Positions 11,492 through 20,441 of a DNA stretch of 64,000 nucleotides are shown one piece after another (within the stretch, counting starts at the first letter, position 1; every line of letters begins with the position of its first letter). Source of the stretch: Polyangiales bacterium. GTDB taxonomy: Bacteria > Myxococcota_A > Polyangia > Polyangiales > Polyangiaceae. The stretch covers positions 128,001 to 192,000 of the forward strand of contig JBBRNJ010000002.1 of assembly GCA_038230375.1 (NCBI GenBank). Reading direction: 5' to 3'. The notes below the pieces were generated by a model. It was not told where the DNA came from, made no database searches, and worked only from the letters and a program-made list of their open reading frames with translations. Both the position numbers and the translations under genes were made by a program.

Positions 11492-12889
11492 ATGGAGCTT
11501 GCGGAGAACGTAGTCGTTGCGAACCGCTTCCGCCTCGTCCGCCTCGTTGGCAAGGGCGGGATGGGGTCGGTCTGGCGCGCGTTCGACCAGAACCTTGGCA
11601 CGGACTGCGCGGTCAAGTTCATCGAAGGTGATCTCGCGAAGCGGCCCGAGGCCCAGACCCGCTTCAAGCGCGAGGCGCAGGCAGCCGCCCAGCTGCGCAG
11701 CCCGAACATCGTCCAGATCTTCGACCACAACGTGTGGGAAGGCGTGCCCTACTGCGCCATGGAGTTCCTCGAGGGCGAGGATCTCGGCAAGCGCCTCAAG
11801 GCACTGAAGAAGATCCCCCACGCCGATCTCGCGCACGTCATGTCCGAGGCATGCCGCGGCCTCCAGAAGGCGCACGAGAAGGGCATCATCCATCGCGACC
11901 TCAAGCCGGACAACATCTTCATCGTGCGGGACGACGACCGCGAGATCGTGAAGGTCCTGGATTTCGGCATCGCAAAGCTCACCGACGGCGGGCTGGACGT
12001 GAGCTCCGGCACCAAGACCGGCGCCATTCTCGGCACGCCGCAGTACATGAGCCCGGAGCAGGCGCAGGGCACCAAGGCCATCGACGCCCGGAGCGATCTC
12101 TGGTCACTCGCCATCATTGCCTATGAGTGCATCACCGGCGAGCTCCCGCTCGACAGCAAGGCGCTCGGCGATCTGCTCGTGAAGATCATCGTCAACCCGA
12201 TGCCCATTCCCTCGCAGATCGATCCGACCGTGCCGCCCGGCTTCGACGCCTGGTTCGCGAAGGCGACCACCCGCGATCCCGAGGGCCGCTTCCAGACCGC
12301 GCGCGCGTTCGCGGACGCCCTGTCCGTCTCGCTGGGAGTCGCCGCGCCGATCGCGGCCCGGATGGCCTCCATGTCGGGAGCGGGCGCGGGTGATTCTGGT
12401 GCGTACAACCTGGGCATCGGCCCGTCATCCGCGGGCGTCAGCAGCGAGCCCGTCCTTCGCCCACTGAGCGTCACCATGGACGGCGCTCGCGCCGAGACCG
12501 CAGCAGGCGTTCCCGCAAGAGGCAGCGTGGGGCTGATGGTTGCCATTGCGGCTGGCGTGGTGCTCCTCGCGGGCGCGGCCATCGTCGGCATCATCTCGCT
12601 TCGCCCGAAGACAGCCGCGGGTGTGCAAGCGCCCATCGCAGAGAGCGCAAAGCCCGACGCCGTCTCGATGCCCACACTTGCGGCGGCTTCTGCCATGCCT
12701 GCCATGCCCGCCGTTGCCGTCGTTCCCGCCGTTGCCGTCGTTCCCAGCGCGGAGGTCGGCAAGGTCGTCGCAAAGCCCGGGACAGGGACCCAGGCGAAGG
12801 TCGGTGGTGTTTCTGGTAGCGGCGGCGGTGCCAAGGCTACGGCAAAGCCCGCCACCAAACCCGGCGGCAAGCCCGATCTGGGGTTCTGA
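11492..12889 (+). CDS. Hanks-type Ser/Thr protein kinase with one TM helix and a low-complexity C-terminus
   Basis: GKGGMGSVW, AVK, HRDLKPDN, DFG, GTPQYMSPEQ, SDLWS; TM segment VGLMVAIAAGVVLLAGAAIVGII. Confidence 0.95.
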   Translation: MELAENVVVANRFRLVRLVGKGGMGSVWRAFDQNLGTDCAVKFIEGDLAKRPEAQTRFKREAQAAAQLRSPNIVQIFDHNVWEGVPYCAMEFLEGEDLGKRLKALKKIPHADLAHVMSEACRGLQKAHEKGIIHRDLKPDNIFIVRDDDREIVKVLDFGIAKLTDGGLDVSSGTKTGAILGTPQYMSPEQAQGTKAIDARSDLWSLAIIAYECITGELPLDSKALGDLLVKIIVNPMPIPSQIDPTVPPGFDAWFAKATTRDPEGRFQTARAFADALSVSLGVAAPIAARMASMSGAGAGDSGAYNLGIGPSSAGVSSEPVLRPLSVTMDGARAETAAGVPARGSVGLMVAIAAGVVLLAGAAIVGIISLRPKTAAGVQAPIAESAKPDAVSMPTLAAASAMPAMPAVAVVPAVAVVPSAEVGKVVAKPGTGTQAKVGGVSGSGGGAKATAKPATKPGGKPDLGF

Positions 12890-13654
12890 GTGAGCGCCGA
12901 CGCGCTGATCCAGAAGACGCGCGGCCTGCTCGAGCCCGAGCTGCGCGCTTCGTTCGTGTTTGCGCTCGTGCGTGATGAGCCAGCGGAGGAGCTTGCACCG
13001 GTGCTCGAGGATCTCTGTGCACGCGCGGAACAGGCGGAGCTGCCCGCGCGCGAGGTGCTCGTCGCGCTCGTGGATGCGCTCGGTCGCCCTGACCTCGTGG
13101 ACGCGACGCAACGGCTCCGCGAAGAGGCCACAGGTCGCGCCTTCCTTGCGCTGGAACGCTTGCTTCGCCAGCCGGTGATCACGCTCGGCGAACGGACGGC
13201 GCGCAAAGAGCACATCCCGGACTACGGGCGCGGACGCACGCTCACGCTCGGCGAACGAAAGAGCCTTGCGCGAAAGCCCGATCGCAACACGCTGGAGCGG
13301 CTGCTCGCCGATCCACATCCGGCGGTCATCGAGCGGCTGCTCGCGAACCCGCGGCTCGTCGAGGAGGACGTCCTGCGCATTGCCGCGCGCCGTCCGGGGC
13401 ACGCGCCAGTGCTCGTGGCGATCGCAAGATCACCGCGCTGGATCCACCGCCCGCGTATCCGCCTGGCGCTGGTGCTGAACCCCGACTCGCCGCCCGAGAC
13501 CACCGCGCTCGTCTGCGGGCTGCTCATGCGTCAGGAGCTGCGGCTCGTCATCGAGTACACGCACGTCGAGCCGTCGATACGTGCACTATGCATGGAATAC
13601 CTCGAGCGTCGACCACCGGGGCCGGAGCCGGACGACGATCCCGAAGTGCACTGA
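12890..13654 (+). CDS. conserved helical-repeat protein (LRV/DUF2336-like)
   Basis: Repeated 'LLADPHPAV..LLANPRL' and 'ALVLNP' motifs; starts immediately after the kinase stop. Confidence 0.65.
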   Translation: MSADALIQKTRGLLEPELRASFVFALVRDEPAEELAPVLEDLCARAEQAELPAREVLVALVDALGRPDLVDATQRLREEATGRAFLALERLLRQPVITLGERTARKEHIPDYGRGRTLTLGERKSLARKPDRNTLERLLADPHPAVIERLLANPRLVEEDVLRIAARRPGHAPVLVAIARSPRWIHRPRIRLALVLNPDSPPETTALVCGLLMRQELRLVIEYTHVEPSIRALCMEYLERRPPGPEPDDDPEVH

Positions 13655-13656
13655 TC

Positions 13657-14694
13657 CTATTTCGCGTCGATGCTGACGTGGCCCGCTTGCACGTCGGCGG
13701 AAGCACCGGCCATCTCGAACGCGGGCCCCACATCCGTGGCGGCGAGGAGCTCGCGTGAGAAGAATGCCGTCATGTAGCGCACGGCGTAGGCCAGCACGAT
13801 CTTCGGGTCTGCCTTGCCGGCGGGCGTACACAGATTGCATTGCGTGCACGACGCTTGATCCTGGAGCTGCGTGTGCCCGGCGCCGAGCCCGACGATCTTG
13901 ACGGAAGGCGAGGGGCTCACCGGGAACAGCGTCTCGGCGCCGTCGGCCGCTGGTGAGCACGTGGAGGCCACCTCCGCTTCCAGGTAGACGGTCGGGATAC
14001 CGATCTGCGGGAGCGTGTCGCGCGCCTGCTTTCCCCCGCTGACGGTGGTGGTGTCGACCGGGTCAAGGCCGAACCAGGCGACGACCTTGCCCTTCAGCCC
14101 TTGCTCCGCCGCGAGCAGCGTGGTCTTGCCGCCGCGCGAGTGACCCGCGAGTCCCACGTGTGCAAGGTCCACCTTGCCGGCATACGCGGTCGGGAGCCAG
14201 GTTCCGACCGCGTACTCCACGTCGGCCGCCACATCCGTGGTGACCGTGAGCGGACCCGGGTCGTCGCGCAGGAGGACCATGATGCCGTAGCTCGCGAGCC
14301 GCGAGGCGAAGGGCGCGTACGCCGCCGCCTTCTGCAGGAGCCCCGGCGAGATGCTGACGACAGGATGCAATCCCGCGGAGGTCGGCACGTAGGCGAGCTC
14401 CGTGAAGGCGTGCGTGCCGTTCGTCAGCGCCGCGCTCTCCGTGGTGAATGCCAACGGACCATCGTGATCGTAGCGGAGAGCGGAGCTGCTTCCGGCATCC
14501 GCACCGGTGTTGCTTCCAGCATCCGTGGCAGACGCGCTCGAGGCGTCCCCGGAGCCGCCGTCGGTCGTCGCGAGAGAAGCATTGCCCCCATCGTCGTCCG
14601 CGCCAGTCGTACTGCCGGCGTTGCTCGTGTCACCCGAGGCCGCGCATGCGGCGAGCATCACGCACGAAGAGAGCAGGAGGAGGGGCCTAGCCAT
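13657..14694 (-). CDS. secreted alpha/beta hydrolase lipoprotein (chlorophyllase/cutinase-like)
   Basis: GHSRGG nucleophile elbow, LDPVD, AGH; lipobox-like LAAC; start ATG 14694 overlaps the upstream gene. Confidence 0.8.
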   Translation of the reverse strand: MARPLLLLSSCVMLAACAASGDTSNAGSTTGADDDGGNASLATTDGGSGDASSASATDAGSNTGADAGSSSALRYDHDGPLAFTTESAALTNGTHAFTELAYVPTSAGLHPVVSISPGLLQKAAAYAPFASRLASYGIMVLLRDDPGPLTVTTDVAADVEYAVGTWLPTAYAGKVDLAHVGLAGHSRGGKTTLLAAEQGLKGKVVAWFGLDPVDTTTVSGGKQARDTLPQIGIPTVYLEAEVASTCSPAADGAETLFPVSPSPSVKIVGLGAGHTQLQDQASCTQCNLCTPAGKADPKIVLAYAVRYMTAFFSRELLAATDVGPAFEMAGASADVQAGHVSIDAK

Positions 14695-15760
14695 CGATGA
14701 CTGCCTTGAAGAGTCGCACGACCTCGGCGTGACCGTCGGGGTTCGGGTGGTAACACGTGGCGTCGAACCAGAGCGGCGTGCTCGCACCGCGGTAGCACTG
14801 GAGCGTGCTGTCGGTGCGCTCGTAGCCGTGACCGCAGAAGTCCTCGAACAGGAACACCACGTCGATGTTGGTCTGCACCGCGACGCGCATGATCTGCTCC
14901 TCGAAGTGCACGACCGCGTCTGCGCCCTGCGGCCAGCTGCCCTTGAGCCCGGAGAGCGACGCCGCCGCGCACGAGTCGAGCTTGCCGGAGGTGTCGGTGT
15001 ACTCGTAGACGTTGGAGAGGACGACGTCGACGCCGTTGGGGAAGCGCACCGGATCCTTGAGCCAGTGCATCGCGTCTTCCATCAGCTTGATCGAGTCGTC
15101 CGCAGCGGCGAGCGCCGCGGGGCCGTCCAGCTGGTCCTTCGCCCATGCGGCGATGTCGTTGCCACCGTTGGTCATGACGACCAGCGTGTGTCGTGTGTCG
15201 ACCGCGTTGGGAAAGCACTTGGCGATCTCGCCCTTCCCGATCAGCAGATCATCGAACCGCGCGCCCCATGCCGAGCAGTCGTCGACCGGAATGGCGCCGA
15301 ACTTCTTGATCATCGCCTCGCTCACCTGCGTCCGGTAGAACTGCGTGGGTGAGGTGGGCGGCGTGCCTGTGGTGATCGAGTCGCCGAGGAACACCACGCG
15401 CTGCACGCCGGTGATGTTCTGGTGGTGCGTGCCGAGGCAGCTCGGAAGGATGGTCGGGTGGAACTGATCGTAGTTGGGTGCTTGCTTCGCGCCCGTGAGG
15501 TTCTTGAAGCACGCCGCGGCGGTCGGCGGACCAGCGTCGATCGTGCTGCCCGCGTCGGATCCCGCGCCGGAATCCGTGGCGACGCTGGCGTCGGGGTGGT
15601 CCATTCCTGTCGGCGTGCTCCCGCCCGCGTCCGCTCCATCGATGGCGCCTGCTCCGGCGCTCCCGCCGGGACTCGCAGGGTCGGAACCGCCGCCCGCGCA
15701 GGCGGCCAGCGCGACGACGCATAGAAACGAAGGAATCCCTGTGGTGGAGAGCTTCATCAC
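14687..15760 (-). CDS. SGNH/GDSL hydrolase lipoprotein
   Basis: FLGDSIT (block I), GGND (block III), D..YHPN (block V); lipobox LAAC. Confidence 0.85.
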   Translation of the reverse strand: MMKLSTTGIPSFLCVVALAACAGGGSDPASPGGSAGAGAIDGADAGGSTPTGMDHPDASVATDSGAGSDAGSTIDAGPPTAAACFKNLTGAKQAPNYDQFHPTILPSCLGTHHQNITGVQRVVFLGDSITTGTPPTSPTQFYRTQVSEAMIKKFGAIPVDDCSAWGARFDDLLIGKGEIAKCFPNAVDTRHTLVVMTNGGNDIAAWAKDQLDGPAALAAADDSIKLMEDAMHWLKDPVRFPNGVDVVLSNVYEYTDTSGKLDSCAAASLSGLKGSWPQGADAVVHFEEQIMRVAVQTNIDVVFLFEDFCGHGYERTDSTLQCYRGASTPLWFDATCYHPNPDGHAEVVRLFKAVIDG

Positions 15761-15863
15761 GGTGCGAAACAGCTACCGCACGCGTATCGTCGGCGCAATA
15801 AAAACTTTACTGTTTCAATGATGGAGCCTTGAACGAGACGCCGATTTGCGTCAGAATTCGCGT

Positions 15864-16493
15864 GTGTCCACCGCCCGCGCACCCGGAAGAGGAAAGTACG
15901 ATCGTCAGGCCTCACCCGAGGACCGGCAGAAGCAGCAGCGCCGCCTGATCTTCCGCGCGGCCACGTCGGTGTTCGCAAGGAAGGGCTTCGCCGGTGCCAC
16001 CGTCGATCAGATCTGCGCGGAGGCCGGTGTCAGTCGGCGGACGTTCTACGAGCATTTCGACGATCTCAAGGACGTGCTGCTGCAGCTGCACGACCGCATC
16101 GCGAACGCGTCGTTCCGCGCGATCGAGAGCATGGTCCAGGGCCAGCATCACCCCAACGATCAGCTGCGCGCCGGCGTGCAGGCGTTCACAGGGCTCATCG
16201 CCAACTTCGGCGATCAGTCTCGCGTGCTCTTTCGCGAGGTGCGCGCAGCGGGCCCCGAGCACGAGGTGAGGCGCGAGGTGCTCCTTGGTCGTTTCGTCGC
16301 GCTGCTGTTCGCTGGCGTCGCGCGCGCCAACGTGATGGGCATCGCCACGAAGCCCCCCGACGAGCTCCGCATCTTCGCCCTGGTCGCGGCCATGGAAGCG
16401 GTCGCCATGCGCTACGTCGATCGCAACGCCGGCCCGCGCGCGATAGAGGCCGTCGAGCCACTGGTCGACATGGTCATCCGCGCCTTCGCCTGA
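15864..16493 (+). CDS. TetR/AcrR-family transcriptional regulator
   Basis: AATSVFARKGFAGATVDQICAEAGVSRRTFYEHF HTH; divergent from the hydrolase pair; start uncertain (15846 or 15864). Confidence 0.92.
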   Translation: MSTARAPGRGKYDRQASPEDRQKQQRRLIFRAATSVFARKGFAGATVDQICAEAGVSRRTFYEHFDDLKDVLLQLHDRIANASFRAIESMVQGQHHPNDQLRAGVQAFTGLIANFGDQSRVLFREVRAAGPEHEVRREVLLGRFVALLFAGVARANVMGIATKPPDELRIFALVAAMEAVAMRYVDRNAGPRAIEAVEPLVDMVIRAFA

Positions 16494-16496
16494 CGC

Positions 16497-16731
16497 TAGT
16501 TCTACTGCGGGAAGTTGCGTCCCAGTTCTCAGTTCCGTTCGGGCTTGCGCGCGGCAGCGTGAAAAACGCGGCGGGGCCGCTGTCAGGGCTCCTGAAGCGA
16601 ACGAGCGACGCTTGGCGTCTGTTGCTCGCTGCCGCCAGTGGTCCCCGGATACGCCGGGTATTGTCCCGTTGCCACGGCGCGATTGATGCGTAGATTCGCG
16701 CCTGGGACGGCGACATCCCGCAGTAGTGCTA
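16497..16731. mobile_element. non-autonomous MITE-like element (~235 bp) with ~30-bp imperfect terminal inverted repeats
   Basis: Left end TAGTTCTACTGCGGGAAGTTGC-GTCCCAG vs reverse complement of right end TAGCACTACTGCGGGATGTCGCCGTCCCAG (25/30); fills the gap between convergent genes; left end recurs at 47315. Confidence 0.7.
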
Positions 16732-17184
16732 CGTGGTGGCGGCGAGGAGCATCTCGATGTGGGGGATGCCGTCTTCGTCGTATTCGGGGCCCGCGGTCTG
16801 GAAGCCCAGCGACTCGTAGAAGCGCGTGAGGTAGCGCTGCGCGCCGATGCGAATTGGACCGTGCCCGAAGGCCGCGTGCGTCTCTGCGATCGCGGTCGTC
16901 ATGAGCGCGCGTCCTGCGCCGGCGCGGCGGACGTCGGGGTGGGTGACGACGCGTCCGATCGCTGGCTCCGCGAAGCTCTTTCCCGCTGGCAGCAGGCGCG
17001 CATAGGCCACGAGCCTCCCATGCTCGTCGCGGCCAAGCAGGTGCAGCGCGACGCGATCCTTGCCGTCGCAGTCGTTGTATACGCACTTCTGCTCCACCAC
17101 GAACACGAGCTGTCGGAGCGCGAGCACGTCATAGAGCTCGGAAGCGCTGAGGCTGTCGAATGGTCGTGTTTCCCAGCGGTGCAT
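16729..17184 (-). CDS. elaA: ElaA-like GNAT N-acetyltransferase
   Basis: LYDVLALRQLVFVVEQKCVYNDCDGKD, IGRVVT, AQRYLTRFYESLGF, EDGIPHIEM. Confidence 0.85.
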   Translation of the reverse strand: MHRWETRPFDSLSASELYDVLALRQLVFVVEQKCVYNDCDGKDRVALHLLGRDEHGRLVAYARLLPAGKSFAEPAIGRVVTHPDVRRAGAGRALMTTAIAETHAAFGHGPIRIGAQRYLTRFYESLGFQTAGPEYDEDGIPHIEMLLAATT

Positions 17185-17417
17185 GTGAAGAGCGAGCATA
17201 CAGCCCCGCATGCGCCAACGCCGTGGCCCGTTGCAACGATCCTGTTTACGACGACCTTGCTTTCGAGCTGCGGCAGCGTGACCAGCGCGGCGGGGCCGCA
17301 GTGAGGACGACTTCAGCTTGGAAGGAACGCGAGGCCCGCACTCGCCATCAATGCACCACCCGGCCGCACCTTGTGAACAGGACAGCATCAAGTGGCCTTG
17401 GTGTTAGAGTTGCCCGC

Positions 17418-18179
17418 ATGAACGGCTCTCGCATCTATGCCCAGGTCGACAAGCGCGTGGTTCTCGACGCCGCCGACGACTACGCGGCGCGGCCGATCCT
17501 GGACCGGACGCAGGGACAGGAGCACGCCCGGCGCGCCGTCACGGACGGCGTGTTCAAGCCCTCGGACATCGAGTCCGCGCGCCTCCAGGACGTGAAGCTC
17601 CTGTTCGTGCCGTTCTGGCGCATCGACGTCTCCGTTGACGGCTCCCACGTGGACATCGGAAAGCTGACCGTGGGGAAGATCCCGCTGCCGACCGGCGGCT
17701 CGCGGCACAAGGAGGCCGTGGTGATGGTCTGTGCGCGCACGCTCTTCCCCTACGAGCCAAAGCTGCCGTCCTGGATGAGTGGAAAGCTGGATGGTGTCGC
17801 CCCGCTCGAGGTGTCCGTCGCCGAGCTCCTCCCGTGCGAGAAGATGCCGCAAGGCGAGATCGATGCGGGGGAGGTGGTGGACCCAGACGTCACGCAAGAG
17901 GGCGCCACCAAGATCGCGTCGCGCATGGTCGTGCGCGCGGTGTCGCCGCAGAACGCGCTCATCTCCAAGTACGAGCCCACGATCCGCTCGGTGCTGTTCT
18001 GCAGATATCCCGTGTATTATGCACGCTACGAGTACAGCGGTGTCGCGCTCCGTTCGCCCGGCGAAGAGTTCTTCGTGTGCGTCTCGGCGCGGACCGGCAA
18101 GACGGTGAGCTCACACCATCCGTCGATGATGCGCGCGGCGGCGGAGAAGTTCAGGAAGCTCATCACCTTCGGGAGGTGA
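17418..18179 (+). CDS. hypothetical protein (LLFVPFW motif)
   Basis: Typical GC3 codon bias from ATG 17418; no recognisable catalytic motif. Confidence 0.65.
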   Translation: MNGSRIYAQVDKRVVLDAADDYAARPILDRTQGQEHARRAVTDGVFKPSDIESARLQDVKLLFVPFWRIDVSVDGSHVDIGKLTVGKIPLPTGGSRHKEAVVMVCARTLFPYEPKLPSWMSGKLDGVAPLEVSVAELLPCEKMPQGEIDAGEVVDPDVTQEGATKIASRMVVRAVSPQNALISKYEPTIRSVLFCRYPVYYARYEYSGVALRSPGEEFFVCVSARTGKTVSSHHPSMMRAAAEKFRKLITFGR

Positions 18180-18199
18180 GCCGCGGGAAGACGCACGGC

Positions 18200-19027
18200 T
18201 CAGCGTGCGTCCGTCCCCGCGTCCTTCGGCTTTTCGACTGGTGGATCGGGCGCGGGCTGCGTGGCCAGGAACTCCCAGAACGCACCGGCCCACAGCTCGC
18301 CGCCTTCGTCCGTGGGGTGAATGCCGTCGTTGCGTCGCGGGATCACGAGCCCCGGGTGATCGGTGAGCACGTCGAAGAAGCGGCACGGCGCTGCGTGCTC
18401 GGAGATGGTCTTGATGACTCCGGTGTCCGGCTTCCACAGCGGCGGCGCTACCCAGTAGCACTCCTTGCCTCTGAGCTTTCGCACCGCGCCTTCGATGTGC
18501 GGGATCAAGTACTCGGGGTGCGGCATGAAGACGTCGTTCGCGCCGAGCGTGAGGATGACGACGTCAGGATTGGTGCGCGCAAGAAGCTTGGTGAGGTAGT
18601 CGCCCTGCGCGGCCTCGTGCATGAACAGGCTGGTCTGCGAGTCGTGCATGAACTTCGCGGAGGAGCCGTGGAAGCGCTGCTCGAGCGCGCGCGTGAGGCC
18701 GCCCGCGCCGCCAACGAACGAGTCTCCGCAATGCAGCACGCGCTTGCCTCCGAAGCGCGAGAGGATCGGATATCCGCCATCGGCGAACTGCGTCGCGTCG
18801 GTGAGGATGTCCGCCGGTGCGTCGGTGGAGGCGTCCAGGGTTGCGTTCGTGGCGTCGAGCTCGCTCGCGTCTGGCGTCACGCCGGAGTCTGGCGCTTTTT
18901 GCGGGACGGATCTGGATGAGCACGCGCCCACCGCGCCGAGCCACAGGCATGTGCTCACCAGGGACCAGAGGCGAATGGAACGCACGGGCTTGCTCCGTGA
19001 TCGCGAATTGCAGCCCAAATTCGGCAC
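18200..19027 (-). CDS. SGNH-hydrolase lipoprotein (DUF459-like)
   Basis: CGDSF, LGAND, DGIH motifs; lipobox VGAC; start uncertain. Confidence 0.8.
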   Translation of the reverse strand: MPNLGCNSRSRSKPVRSIRLWSLVSTCLWLGAVGACSSRSVPQKAPDSGVTPDASELDATNATLDASTDAPADILTDATQFADGGYPILSRFGGKRVLHCGDSFVGGAGGLTRALEQRFHGSSAKFMHDSQTSLFMHEAAQGDYLTKLLARTNPDVVILTLGANDVFMPHPEYLIPHIEGAVRKLRGKECYWVAPPLWKPDTGVIKTISEHAAPCRFFDVLTDHPGLVIPRRNDGIHPTDEGGELWAGAFWEFLATQPAPDPPVEKPKDAGTDAR

Positions 19028-19067
19028 GAACTCAGGCTCGATTGGGCATAGACGCTATCGACCGGCT

Positions 19068-20192
19068 CTATTGACCCACGTCGCCGCAGCAGCGAAAGCC
19101 GGTGCTGTAGTCGTGGTACCAGGCCGCGTGCGCGTCCGTGCGGTAGTTGCAGCCTTCGCCGTTCAGCTTCGTGTCCTGGAAGTAGCCGCCCAGGAACGTG
19201 CCTTCGGGATCGTCCACCCACTCGTGGATGTTGCCGACCATGTCGTAGACGCCGTAGCCGTTGGAGCAGTCGTCGTGGTCGCCGGTGCCCGAGAGCGTCT
19301 GCCCCATCTGGTTCAGCTCCGGAGCATTCATGCGCCGGTTGTCCCAGTTCGCTTGCACGGACAGGTCGCCGCTCATTCCCCAGAAGCGGGTCACGGGCGA
19401 GAGGCCGTAGTTGTTGCAGCGCTTGGCTTCGTCCTCGTTGCCGTAGCCATAGCGAAGGTTCTCCGGGCCCTTGCAGGCCTTCCGCCATTCGGACGGCTTG
19501 CAGAGTCGCTTGCCGGAGCGGCCGCATGCCTCGATCGACTGCTTCTCGCTTATATATCCCTGCGGCTTCACGCCCTTCTCGCTGACGGCGCGGACCACGT
19601 GGCCCTCGACCGGGAGATAGTGCGGCCAGGGAAGCTCGAGGCCGTCCTCGGTCAGCTCCACCAGCGAGGCCTCATAGCGATCGATGCAGTAGAGATCGTC
19701 CACCGAGGCCATGTCCGGCGGGCACAAGCCGTTCTTGTCGAGGGGGCGGGCGCCTTCCGGCAGCAGGTCCTCGAGCGCGGTGCCGCCCAGGCTGCCGACA
19801 GAGTCGCTACCGACGCCGGCGCCGCTGGTGCTCGTTCCGAACGCCCCAAACGCGAAGATGGGTGCGCGGACGCGGGCGGGGGAGACGGTGAGAGCCCCGA
19901 GCTCGGTCGAGCTGGGCCCAAGTCCGTTCGCTGTACGGCTGGAGCGGCCGCGTGCAGCGACCCGGTGAATCGAGCTGCCGCTGGAGCGAGTGTTGGTGCT
20001 GGCGCCGGTCGTGATTCCAGTCGCATCCGACGGCTCGGACAGCGCCTTCGCGCAGCCGGTCACCGTGAACGCAAGAGAGGTCCCCACCACGAGGAGGGAC
20101 AGCGGAACCAGGACACCAGCAAACGCAATTCTCGGGAGTACGGCCAAAACTTCACCTCCAGAGCGTGCCGCGAACGGATGTACGCGACGCAA
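19068..20192 (-). CDS. FGE-sulfatase (SUMF1/CLec-fold) domain protein
   Basis: YCIDRYE, GKRLC..SEW..AC, YGVYDMVGNIHEW, TGFRCC; start uncertain. Confidence 0.82.
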   Translation of the reverse strand: MRRVHPFAARSGGEVLAVLPRIAFAGVLVPLSLLVVGTSLAFTVTGCAKALSEPSDATGITTGASTNTRSSGSSIHRVAARGRSSRTANGLGPSSTELGALTVSPARVRAPIFAFGAFGTSTSGAGVGSDSVGSLGGTALEDLLPEGARPLDKNGLCPPDMASVDDLYCIDRYEASLVELTEDGLELPWPHYLPVEGHVVRAVSEKGVKPQGYISEKQSIEACGRSGKRLCKPSEWRKACKGPENLRYGYGNEDEAKRCNNYGLSPVTRFWGMSGDLSVQANWDNRRMNAPELNQMGQTLSGTGDHDDCSNGYGVYDMVGNIHEWVDDPEGTFLGGYFQDTKLNGEGCNYRTDAHAAWYHDYSTGFRCCGDVGQ

Positions 20193-20441
20193 CGGGAATA
20201 CAGTTCCCGCGTGTTCAGCGAAACCGAAATCGACGCTGAGACGTTCCCGTTATGTAGGTGTGTTGTCGTGCATCTATACGAAAGGAATCAAAAAAACGTT
20301 GCGATATTGGTCGGTTGGGCGCCAGTCTCTCGAAATCGCCCGAACCGTGTATCTTACAGTAAATTCATGCGAAAAATGGCCCCTCGACCGCCTCGAACGA
20401 GCCAAAAAAGGCTGTCGAACTCGCGATAGGCTGGCGGTCGC

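Noticed and set aside
12690..12746. Short direct repeats in the kinase C-terminus (AMP, PAVAVV x2)
   Set aside because: Ordinary low-complexity linker duplication
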